A DNA stretch of 64,000 nucleotides, taken from a virus. Every line of letters starts with the position of its first letter. Positions within the stretch are counted from its first letter, which is position 1. Positions 56,325 to 64,000 of the stretch are shown in pieces. The notes beneath the pieces are model-generated. The model made no database searches. It saw only the letters and a list, made by a program, of their open reading frames with translations, and was not told where the DNA came from. A program made the translations under genes and the position numbers. Where the stretch lies: IMG/VR virus record IMGVR_UViG_3300037493_006316, positions 22,224-86,223 of that record. One strand, written 5' to 3'.

Positions 56325-56935
56325 GCGAATGCTCCTGCGGGCTCGGCCCGCTGCGACAGAGAGGCGGCCCACTGGGGCCATTCAGTGGGGCCGACCACGA
56401 TCCATCGCTCGGTCTCGACGTCCGCGCTCGGCTGGATCGCCGCGGCCCAGCCGCTGGCGTGGTGGACGGTGACGTGCATGTAGCGGGCCGCCGTGACCAG
56501 CTCGACGGTGGCGAGCTCGCCCCGGCCGCGCACGGCCTCCATGGCCGCGGCCATGCTCGGCATCGAGCGCGCCGCCAGCAGGTCCGCATCAGTGAAGACA
56601 GCCAGCGGCCGGTCGCGCCAGATCCGCAGCTCCACCCCGCCGGCCAACAGGTCGCTGCGGTAGGTGAGCCGCTCCGTGCACAGGTGCTGCACCTCGTCGA
56701 GAAGCGCGGCCGCCTCGTCATGCTGGCCGAGGTCCAGCATGCGCCGGATGGTCGCGTCGAGCGAGCCGACGAAGCCGCCGAGCCGCCCGAGCATGCGCAC
56801 CTGCGCCGACATCAGGCACAGCGCGCTCATCGAGCACTGAGCGACCGGCGAGTGACCCAACAGGCGCCGCAGCAGGTTGAGGCTGTCGAGGCCGGCAGGG
56901 TAGTCCGCCGACGGGTTGCCGCGCTCACGAGTCAT
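56321..56935 (-). CDS. hypothetical protein
   Basis: GGAGG RBS before ATG 56935; ATGA coupling downstream. Confidence 0.55.
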   Translation of the reverse strand: MTRERGNPSADYPAGLDSLNLLRRLLGHSPVAQCSMSALCLMSAQVRMLGRLGGFVGSLDATIRRMLDLGQHDEAAALLDEVQHLCTERLTYRSDLLAGGVELRIWRDRPLAVFTDADLLAARSMPSMAAAMEAVRGRGELATVELVTAARYMHVTVHHASGWAAAIQPSADVETERWIVVGPTEWPQWAASLSQRAEPAGAFA

Positions 56936-57518
56936 GCTGGGCCTCCAAAGCGTCGAGCTGGGCCTGAATGTTGAGCACCACGCTCGCAAGCAGCTCGACG
57001 GCCTCGCTGCCGTGAAGCACGGTCTCGGCCTGCTGCTCGGCCGACCACACCAGCACCGTGTCCCGCAAGATGAGCAGCCCGAAGTGCGCCCGCTGCTGCC
57101 AGCCGAGCAGCTGCGGCACGACACCGTGGCCGGTGCGGAACGCCGTCACCGCAGACACCGCGGTGGAGAACACCTGGATGGCGGGGCCGACGTCCGCCTG
57201 AACGACCAGCAGCGGCCGCTGCCAAGGCGGCAGGGGCGGCCGGGCTGGGCCGACGAACGCGACGGGGTCGAAGCTCGCCATGCGCTTGGCGAGCAGGAAG
57301 TGCTGCCCGCTCTCGGTCAGGATGGCGGCCCGCTGCCGCTCCTCGCTGATGATGTCGAGCCGGTGGGCAATGTCAGGCACCCTTCGACCCTCGACGCCGA
57401 GGAAGGCGCGCTCGAGGTCTTCAAGGCGCGAGAGGATCGCCTGCGCCTCTGGCGGCCGCGGAGGCGGCACGCTGGATGGGTCGCGCAAGCGCGCAAGCGC
57501 CGGGGGCAGTTCGAACAT
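56925..57518 (-). CDS. hypothetical protein
   Basis: AGGAG RBS before ATG 57518. Confidence 0.55.
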   Translation of the reverse strand: MFELPPALARLRDPSSVPPPRPPEAQAILSRLEDLERAFLGVEGRRVPDIAHRLDIISEERQRAAILTESGQHFLLAKRMASFDPVAFVGPARPPLPPWQRPLLVVQADVGPAIQVFSTAVSAVTAFRTGHGVVPQLLGWQQRAHFGLLILRDTVLVWSAEQQAETVLHGSEAVELLASVVLNIQAQLDALEAQHDS

Positions 57519-57586
57519 CGGGGCTCCTGTCGGGGGAGGGTGGCCCATGGTGGGCGCAGGGGTGGTCTAACGCAAGCGGTCGGCCG

Positions 57587-59032
57587 CTACCAGCGGTCAC
57601 GGGCGGCGGGCTTGGTCTTCGGGCTCGACTTGGCCGGCGCCTCGCTGTGCGTGTAGTCGATCTCGAGCGCGCGGCCGATGGTCCAGTCGACGGAGAGCTT
57701 CAGTGCCCACCCGGACTCCCCCGAGCGCGCCTTGCGCATGTAGATCCACAGCGGATCCTCTGCGGCATCGTCGTCACGCTGTGAGGGGCGGTCCAAGCAC
57801 ACGACCCAGTCAGCCGCAGCGGCGATCCGGTCGCTGCCCGCAAGGTGATGCAGCTGCGGCGGCCCATCGGCGCCCTGGCGGTTGATCTGCACCAGGCCCA
57901 CCATCGTGCACGTGTGCCGCTTCCCGCGCGCCTTGAGCGCGTCGCTGATCTCGCCGAGCAGCTGGTGCTCGTCGAGGTGACGGTAGGCCGGGCCGCCCTT
58001 GACCAAGCCCAGGTGGTCGATCACGATCAGCTCGGCCGGGTCAAGCGTCTGCCCCACGTCGATGTCGACGATCAGCTCGTCGAACGTCATGCCTGGCTTG
58101 TCGACGATCCGCAGGCGGTTGGTACGCATGGCCTCCAGTGCCGTGTGGAGTTGATCGACGTTCTCGGCGGGTAGCTGCCCGTTGAGGGCCGACGTGTAGG
58201 ACACCTGCGCGTCGTGGCCGGCGATCCGCAACAGCCACTCGAAGTAGGGCACCTCGAGGCTGTAGACCACGACCCGCTTCCCGGCCCGCAAGGCGGCGTG
58301 CACCGCTTGGGCGGCGATCATGGTCTTGCCCACCCCGGTCCGGGCCGCAATGACCCCGAAGTGCGTCGGTCGCCAGGGGTTGCGGCGGCGCCAGGTCAAC
58401 CACGGGACCGGCAGCCCGACCTCGGTGCCGCTGAGTCGGTCGGTGAAAGCCGCCTCAATGAGTCGCCGCGCTTCGTCGATCTGCTCGTCGAGCAGCAGGC
58501 CCTTGGTAGCCGACGACTGCGACAACGCCGCGGTGAAGATCGCCCGAGCGCTCTCGCCATCGCCATCGGCCGCCGCCGCGGCGGCCAGCTTCCCGGCCGC
58601 AGCCATGCGGCGGAACTCGGCAGCCGACTGGATCCGGCGGATGAGGTAGCCCAGCGACTGCATGCTGGGCGCGGCCACGCGGCTCAGCTCGTGGAAGTAG
58701 CCGTGGCCGCCGACCTTCTCGAAGAAGTCCTGACCGCAGCCGAGCGCGATGGCCATCTCGTCGAACGGCTCGCCGCGCATGCGGCGCCGCTCGATCTCGA
58801 CCGCCAGCACCCGGTGGCCGTCGCGGTGCCAGTCGTCGGGGTCGGGCATGCGCGGCAGGCGCGCGCCGTCCGCGGCGTCGAGCATGGGGGCGAGGAACGC
58901 CCCCAGCACGGACCTTTCGGCATCGACGGTGCGGGTGTGCACCGCGGCGTCGGGGTCGACTTGCACCGTGCGGGAGGCTGCGCTGATCAGCTCCCGGGGG
59001 GCCTTGGGTCGGCCCTGTGTGCGCGGGCTCAT
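57587..59032 (-). CDS. dnaB: DnaB-like replicative helicase
   Basis: AERSVLGA, Walker A AARTGVGKT, YSLE, IVIDHLGL, LVQINR, LAGSDRIAAAADWV, RKARSGESG. Confidence 0.9.
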   Translation of the reverse strand: MSPRTQGRPKAPRELISAASRTVQVDPDAAVHTRTVDAERSVLGAFLAPMLDAADGARLPRMPDPDDWHRDGHRVLAVEIERRRMRGEPFDEMAIALGCGQDFFEKVGGHGYFHELSRVAAPSMQSLGYLIRRIQSAAEFRRMAAAGKLAAAAAADGDGESARAIFTAALSQSSATKGLLLDEQIDEARRLIEAAFTDRLSGTEVGLPVPWLTWRRRNPWRPTHFGVIAARTGVGKTMIAAQAVHAALRAGKRVVVYSLEVPYFEWLLRIAGHDAQVSYTSALNGQLPAENVDQLHTALEAMRTNRLRIVDKPGMTFDELIVDIDVGQTLDPAELIVIDHLGLVKGGPAYRHLDEHQLLGEISDALKARGKRHTCTMVGLVQINRQGADGPPQLHHLAGSDRIAAAADWVVCLDRPSQRDDDAAEDPLWIYMRKARSGESGWALKLSVDWTIGRALEIDYTHSEAPAKSSPKTKPAARDRW

Positions 59033-60645
59033 CGGGCCGCCTGTGCCGACTGATCGGCCTCATCGTCGAACCAGGCGGCCACGAAGGCGGCCTCCTGCGC
59101 CGGCGTCGGGGCGAACGGATCGAAGGCCACCCCAGCGGCCTTGGCGAAGACCTGGGCCACTCGCAGGCGCTGAGCGGTGCCATCGGGCGTGGCCGCCGCT
59201 TGGGCCCACTCCGACCGCGCCTGCCTGCGGACCTCCAGGCCGGCGCTGGCCGGCACCCGCCGGCGGGCGGACAGGTACGAGGTCCACGCCTCGAGGCTCG
59301 CGCTGTCGTGGCCCAGGGGCCGACCGCCGGTGTCCCAGGCCTGTGCGGCCTCGAGGTTGCGGTCGACCTCGCGGAGGATCACCACGAAGTCGGGCGCTTG
59401 GCCGATGGGCTGCGGGTACTGAGGCGAGGTCGCCATCCATCGCCGGTTGCTCGGCGAACGCAGCATGAACGCGTGGACGAGGTCAATCTCGTGCCCCCGC
59501 GCCACAAGCTCCTGGGCCAGATCGGCCCGGGCGGCGAGGGCCTCGGCGGCGGTGACCGCTGCCGACAGGCCCGACTGCCGGGAGTCCAGGCGCAGCAGCG
59601 CCTTGGCCATGGCCGCCACGCTGGCCTGCGCGAACGACTCGCGCGGGGTGCCGCCCATGCCGAACACTGCGCGCCGGCGGCTGTCCAGGCGGGCCAGCAC
59701 TGTCTCGGCGCAGGCCACCACCGCGGCCTCCACCTCGGCCCGCGGCGCCCGCACAGCGCGACTGCGCGCTGGCAGGGTCTGCCCCCCTGCCACCAGCGTG
59801 AGCACCGGCCGGCAGGGGGCCTCGACGACCTCAAGCGCCTCTGGCGCTGGCGCGGCCGCCACGGGCTCTGCGGGCTCCTCCAGGCGCGCCTGGGCCTCGT
59901 GTGGGGCCTCCGGCTGGGCCTGCGCCATCGGCTGTGCCGTCAGGGCCGCCAAGGCAGCCTGCAGGCTGCCCAGCTGGGCCTCCAGGCGCCTGCGGGCCTC
60001 GCGCTCCGCTTCAAGCTCTGCCCTCAAGCTCTCGACGATGTCCATCAGCCCTCCGGCCGCGTCAGCGGCGGGGGTGGCGCCGACAGGCGCAGGGGGCGTA
60101 GCCCCCTTTGGGCCCCGGCCCCGAGCTCTATGTGTGAGGGGTTCTTGGAGCGGGTTGTATGGAGCGGGTTCGGTGCCACCGTGTGGCATACCCCCCTGCC
60201 ACCGCGTGGCAGCCCCCCTGCCATCCTGTGGCATACCCCCTGCCACGGGGCCGGGCTCCTCTGCCACCGCGCGGCAGGGGTCAGCGACCGTGGCAGGGGT
60301 GCCACGGCGTGGCAGGGTCAGGCGCTCGGCGCGCAGCTGGGCCACGCACTGCAGGCGGTCGGCGTCGAGATCGACCGTGCACCGCAGCGGCTCCCCGCGA
60401 CGCTGCGGCCGCTTGAGGAGCACGCCAGCCTCGAAGAGCAGGCGGCGCTCGGCCTGCACCTTGCCGCGGCTGGCCCGCGCGGCCTCGCACAGGTGCTTCA
60501 GGCCGGGCCAGGACTCACCCTGCTCTACTGGCAGGGTCGACGACTGGCAGGCGATGTACGCCCGCATGATCGCCACCTGAACCAAGCTCAGCGGGGCCCT
60601 GTCGAGCAGGTCGTAGGCCTGCAGCCGGGTCAGGGGCGCGCTCAA
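59029..60645 (-). CDS. replication initiator (lambda O-like, N-terminal wHTH); start uncertain, 60645 or 60756
   Basis: SWPGLKHLCEAARASRGKVQ...LFEAGVL HTH; internal iterons; ATGA-coupled to dnaB. Confidence 0.7.
   Translation of the reverse strand: MSAPLTRLQAYDLLDRAPLSLVQVAIMRAYIACQSSTLPVEQGESWPGLKHLCEAARASRGKVQAERRLLFEAGVLLKRPQRRGEPLRCTVDLDADRLQCVAQLRAERLTLPRRGTPATVADPCRAVAEEPGPVAGGMPQDGRGAATRWQGGMPHGGTEPAPYNPLQEPLTHRARGRGPKGATPPAPVGATPAADAAGGLMDIVESLRAELEAEREARRRLEAQLGSLQAALAALTAQPMAQAQPEAPHEAQARLEEPAEPVAAAPAPEALEVVEAPCRPVLTLVAGGQTLPARSRAVRAPRAEVEAAVVACAETVLARLDSRRRAVFGMGGTPRESFAQASVAAMAKALLRLDSRQSGLSAAVTAAEALAARADLAQELVARGHEIDLVHAFMLRSPSNRRWMATSPQYPQPIGQAPDFVVILREVDRNLEAAQAWDTGGRPLGHDSASLEAWTSYLSARRRVPASAGLEVRRQARSEWAQAAATPDGTAQRLRVAQVFAKAAGVAFDPFAPTPAQEAAFVAAWFDDEADQSAQAAR
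60174..60314. repeat. iteron array / probable replication origin
   Basis: Palindromic TGCCAC-N3-GTGGCA units at 60174, 60197, 60219, 60241 (half), 60262, 60281 (half), 60300; 19-23 bp spacing. Confidence 0.8.
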
Positions 60646-60734
60646 AGCGCACCACCCGCGCTGGGCGCAAAAAAACCGGGCACAGCCCGGTTGCGTGCAA
60701 AACTCTGGGGCGTCTGCCCCGTCTGTGATGGCAT
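60642..60734 (-). CDS. putative 30-aa leader peptide
   Basis: AAGGA RBS, ATG 60734, MPSQTGQTPQSFARNRAVPGFFAPSAGGAL; TGA overlaps the initiator TTG. Confidence 0.45.
   Translation of the reverse strand: MPSQTGQTPQSFARNRAVPGFFAPSAGGAL
60669..60692 (-). terminator. intrinsic terminator / attenuator upstream of initiator
   Basis: AACCGGGC-TGT-GCCCGG-TTTTTTT, perfect stem plus 7 U. Confidence 0.8.
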
Positions 60735-60878
60735 TGACTTTCCTTGGTGAAGTCACTCGGAAAGTGCGAGGGCACCGCGGTTTCGTCTGGCCGGACTACA
60801 CCGCGGTTGCCGCTTCTGCGGCCGCCCTCGACACCCACCAAGGACACAATGGACACCGCCAACCTCATGCCGGTCGGC
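60669..60878 (-). ncRNA. candidate ~210-nt structured leader RNA / ncRNA
   Basis: Bounded by promoter and terminator; nested complementary blocks (see findings). Confidence 0.5.
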
Positions 60879-60884
60879 ACGACA

Positions 60885-60913
60885 AGGCTACCACCAGCGC
60901 CCCCGCGGCGCAA
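60885..60913 (-). promoter_or_regulatory. sigma70-type promoter
   Basis: TTGCGC-N17-TAGCCT with TG extended -10; shares CGCTTGC...GTGGTAGCCT with the 2210 promoter. Confidence 0.7.
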
Positions 60914-60921
60914 GCGGCCGG

Positions 60922-61917
60922 TCAGAACTCTTCGTCGAAGTCGACCTCGCCGGTGAGGCCGATCTGGTAGGCGCTCACCCGGCGCTCGAAGAAGTTGGCC
61001 AGCTCTTGGGTGCCGAGCATGACCATGAAGTCGAAGGGGTTGCGGCTGCCGTAGAGCGGCGCGTAGCCGAGGCGGGCCAGCCGCTGGTCAGCGACGTGCT
61101 GCAAGTACTCGCGCATCAGGGCCGGCGTCATGCCTGGCAGGCCGCCGCTCAGCACGTCGGCGGCGAAGGCGGCCTCGGCGTCGACCGCCTCGGCGATCAT
61201 CGCCCGAACCTCTGCCTCGAGCTCGGGCGTGAACAGCTCGGGCTCCTCCTGGCGGATCACGTCGACCGCCGCGAAGGCCACCTCCATGTGGCCGCTCTCG
61301 TCGCGGAAAACCCAGTTGGTGCCGACGGCCAGCCCGTCGAGAAGACCCTTGCCGCGCAGGTAGAAGACGTAGGCGAAGGCGCCGAAGAAGAACAGGCCCT
61401 CGACGCACGAGCTGAACGCGATCAGCGTCAGCAGGAAGCTGCGCCGGTCGTCAGGCGTGTTCAGCGCCGGCAGGGTCGCCGAGCGCGCTGTCCAGCGGTC
61501 GCAGAACTGCGCCTTGAGCCGGATGCTCGGGACCGTCTCGACGGCGCGGAACATCTCCTCGCGCTCGGCCGGGTCGGGGATGTAGGTGTCGAGCAGCAGC
61601 AGGTAGAACTGGACGTGAAGCGCCTCCTCAAAGAGCTGGCGCGAGAGGTACATGCGGACCTCCGGCGCGTTGAGGTGGCGGTAGAGCGTGAGCACGAGGT
61701 TGTTGCCCACGATGCTGTCGCCGGTGGCGAAGAAGGCGACCAACCGCTTGATGAGGTGGCGCTCCTCCGGGCTCATGTCGGCCAGGTGGCCGGTGTCGCG
61801 CGAGAAGTCGACCTCGCCCACGGTCCAGGTGTTCTTGATGGCGTCCTGGTAGGCCGAAAAGGCCCACGGGTAGCGCATGGGGCGCAGGGTGAGGCTGAGG
61901 CCAGGGTCAAGCAGCAT
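60922..61917 (-). CDS. nrdB: ribonucleotide reductase class I beta subunit
   Basis: FFATGDSIV (D), EEALHVQFY (ExxH plus radical Tyr), EGLFF, RDESGH, NFFERRVSAYQ; GGAGGAG RBS. Confidence 0.95.
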   Translation of the reverse strand: MLLDPGLSLTLRPMRYPWAFSAYQDAIKNTWTVGEVDFSRDTGHLADMSPEERHLIKRLVAFFATGDSIVGNNLVLTLYRHLNAPEVRMYLSRQLFEEALHVQFYLLLLDTYIPDPAEREEMFRAVETVPSIRLKAQFCDRWTARSATLPALNTPDDRRSFLLTLIAFSSCVEGLFFFGAFAYVFYLRGKGLLDGLAVGTNWVFRDESGHMEVAFAAVDVIRQEEPELFTPELEAEVRAMIAEAVDAEAAFAADVLSGGLPGMTPALMREYLQHVADQRLARLGYAPLYGSRNPFDFMVMLGTQELANFFERRVSAYQIGLTGEVDFDEEF

Positions 61918-61989
61918 GGGGGCTCCTCCGGGCAGCGGGAGCCGCCCATGTAACGGCGGCGCCCTGTGGGGACTTAGGCGGCCGACTGA

Positions 61990-63135
61990 TCAGCGGCGCC
62001 GCCGGCGCCAGACCTCGATGTCGCTCCATCCGGCGCACAGCCGCCCGCTCTCGCCAGCGGGCTCGCGGTCGGTGTGCCGCAGCGCGGGCTCGGCGCAGGC
62101 CTGGTCGAGCAGGCGCAGGCACTCAATCACCAGCCGCATGTCCATGTCATCGTAGGCGACCGCATAGTTAGCGGCGTCGGTGATCTCGATCAGAAAGTCG
62201 TCGCAGGCCCTGCGCAGCTCCGCCGGCGAGGCCTCGCGCTCGTCGAGCAGCGACGCCGTGCGCCCGTAGCGCAGCACCCCGAGCCGCAGCCGGGCCAAGA
62301 CGGCGCCGTTGACGCTGTAGCGCGGCAGGCCGCAGTCGAGCGCGATGCGCAGCAGCGACCGCGGGTGGACGCGGTAGCGCGCCAGGTTTTCGATGCTGGT
62401 CCGCACCCGCGGCCGGTCGTCGAGCTCGAACACCAGCGGGGGCTGGTGGCCAAAGTCCGAGCCGTCGAGCACGTCTTCGTGGACCGCGAGCGCGCGGTCG
62501 CCGACGTAGACGCCGACGTACTCGGTCGCGGGGCCGCCGCCCTCGTCGTGGACCCAGGCGTAGTCGGCGGCGTCAAGCTCAAACACCGGCGCGAAGGCGG
62601 CGTAGTCGCTGACCGGGGATGCGCGCGCCAGGGCCAGGTCGAGCACGTCGATCAGGTCGAGGACCAGGGCGCCGACGCCGGGGCTCACCTGCCACAACCG
62701 CCAGCGCAGGGCGCCGATCAGGGCGTCGGTCAGCTCCTGCACCACCTCCCACTTCGCCGGCCGCCAGCCCACGCGCAGCTCGACGCCGTAGCAGGTCAGC
62801 CCGTGGGCCAGGCGCGCAGCCATGCGCTGGCGCGCGGCCTCGGTGGCGTCCACGGCATCGAGAGCGTCGGCCACGCTGCGCCGGCCCGCGTGGTCGGCGC
62901 AGGGGCCGGCCCAGCGCACGGCCGGGTGCGGGCAGTATGCGTTGTGGCTCGCACGACTCATGCGCTCGAAGGTGAGCGGCCCGCTGCCGGCGTCGTTGTC
63001 CCAGGCCACCAGGCAGCTATCGGCGTCCTCGCCGATGACGGTGCCTTGCATGTGGAGCAGGCGGGCGTCGCGCAGGCGCTGGAACAGGCCCAGGCCACGG
63101 CCCGGGCGGCGGTGCTCGGTCGTCAGCTCGGACAC
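61990..63135 (-). CDS. hypothetical protein; C-terminus possibly MazG/dNTP-diphosphohydrolase-like
   Basis: ARLRLGVLRYG...DDFLIEITDAANYA; GGAG before GTG 63135. Confidence 0.4.
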   Translation of the reverse strand: MSELTTEHRRPGRGLGLFQRLRDARLLHMQGTVIGEDADSCLVAWDNDAGSGPLTFERMSRASHNAYCPHPAVRWAGPCADHAGRRSVADALDAVDATEAARQRMAARLAHGLTCYGVELRVGWRPAKWEVVQELTDALIGALRWRLWQVSPGVGALVLDLIDVLDLALARASPVSDYAAFAPVFELDAADYAWVHDEGGGPATEYVGVYVGDRALAVHEDVLDGSDFGHQPPLVFELDDRPRVRTSIENLARYRVHPRSLLRIALDCGLPRYSVNGAVLARLRLGVLRYGRTASLLDEREASPAELRRACDDFLIEITDAANYAVAYDDMDMRLVIECLRLLDQACAEPALRHTDREPAGESGRLCAGWSDIEVWRRRRR

Positions 63136-63683
63136 AGGATCTCCAGTCGAGCGCGTGCGCTCGCTGCACGGGTGTTGACCTCGCCCTGCAGGCAGCGGAG
63201 CGCCGCCGCAAGCTCGAGGTCGGTCCAGGCCTCGACAGGCCCGGCGGGAAACAGGTCGGCTGCCGCGGGGGCGGCCTCGGGCTCGACGGCGGCCCGCAGG
63301 CTGGCGCTGAGCGGGAGCGCGAGCTGCGTGTCCGGGTCGCGCGCCGCGGCGGGCCCTGGGAGCGTCGGCGGCCGCTCGGGGCGCTCCAGCGTCCAGTCGG
63401 CGGGCGGCAGAGTGACGTCGTCGGTCGCGTTGACCGACCGCGCAACGAAGCGCTGCCAGCCCCAGTAGCCCTCGCCCTCCTTGTAGACGCGAACGACCCA
63501 CCAGCCGTTCACGCGGTCGATCAACGTGTCGCGGGGTTTAGGGCGGGTCGCGCCTTCGGTGAGCTTCAGCGCGGCGATGAGCGCGCGGGTCGCGCCGCGC
63601 GGAGTGCTGCCGGTGGCCTTGCACGCGGCGACCGTGTCGATGCGGCGCCACGCGCCGACGGGAATGAGGTCCAACAGGTGCAT
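63123..63683 (-). CDS. hypothetical protein
   Basis: GGAG RBS; contains QLALPL in a Pro/Ala-rich region. Confidence 0.55.
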   Translation of the reverse strand: MHLLDLIPVGAWRRIDTVAACKATGSTPRGATRALIAALKLTEGATRPKPRDTLIDRVNGWWVVRVYKEGEGYWGWQRFVARSVNATDDVTLPPADWTLERPERPPTLPGPAAARDPDTQLALPLSASLRAAVEPEAAPAAADLFPAGPVEAWTDLELAAALRCLQGEVNTRAASARARLEILCPS

Positions 63684-63704
63684 GCGGTGCTCCAGGCGGG
63701 ATGG

Positions 63705-63995
63705 TCAGAGGGCCAGGAAGAACACCCGGAAGTGCGTGCGGCCCTGGCCGGTGTCGGGCACGATCCGGTGGTCGTCGTAGCGGAAGCCGACCGGCGCGCA
63801 GTCGGCGTCCTGGCTGTCGGGCAGCATCTGGCAGCCCCAGATGGCCACGACGGGGCCCTCGGCCGGCACGCCTTCGAGCGCGCGGTCGGCGCCGAGCACG
63901 TCGACGAAGGTGACGCCGGCCACCGCCGGCGGGCCATCGGGGATGACCAGCACGTCGGGGCCGGTGTCGTCGGGGTTGCCGCACGCGGACAGCAC
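63705..63995 (-). CDS. hypothetical protein, 5' end probably outside the window
   Basis: Open frame to window edge; VLSAC lipobox-like segment. Confidence 0.4.
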   Translation of the reverse strand: MLSACGNPDDTGPDVLVIPDGPPAVAGVTFVDVLGADRALEGVPAEGPVVAIWGCQMLPDSQDADCAPVGFRYDDHRIVPDTGQGRTHFRVFFLAL

Positions 63996-64000
63996 CGCGC

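Noticed and set aside
12204-59053. Many long + strand ORFs (e.g. 14435-16993, 24576-27221, 38269-40824, 47041-49644, 51700-53799)
   Set aside because: Antisense shadows of high-GC3 minus-strand genes; no motifs or RBS
60174-60314. Palindromic repeats as a CRISPR array
   Set aside because: 15-bp units with only 4-8 bp gaps inside a coding gene; fits iterons
60774-60807. Hammerhead ribozyme (GTC...GACGAAAC on the - strand)
   Set aside because: The required CUGANGA core is missing (GUGUA instead)
1-64000. tRNA, rRNA, integrase/att sites, transposases, reverse transcriptase/DGR, inteins
   Set aside because: No recognisable motifs found by eye; terminase, DnaB and NrdB have normal lengths

Overview
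A very GC-rich, gene-dense 64 kb segment of a large tailed-phage (myovirus) genome; no host housekeeping context is visible, so it could be a free phage, prophage or phage-plasmid. Positions 1-9.5 kb (+) hold early/accessory genes: HTH protein, RdgC-like protein, ThyX, pentapeptide protein, two repeat-flanked cassette-like genes and an HD hydrolase / ATP-grasp / cyclic-phosphate receiver trio. Positions 9.5-64 kb are almost all (-). In transcription order they carry RNR beta, a structured attenuator-like leader, an iteron-containing replication initiator with DnaB, MazG, terminase, portal, a ~15 kb insert, prohead protease, scaffold, major capsid, neck, sheath, tube, frameshifted chaperones, tape measure, baseplate, fiber and lysis genes. 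Portal, protease, capsid and neck motifs resemble SPO1/Twort (Herelleviridae)-type proteins. The standout is inside the portal-protease insert: a translationally coupled, array-less type IV-B-like CRISPR-effector operon (csf1-cas11-csf2-csf3-[extra cas6-like]-cysH). It lies directly downstream of a Mom/XF1762-like DNA-modification gene, and its Csf1 ends in a QLSLF sliding-clamp-type motif. All calls come from motif recognition by eye; no database searches were run.
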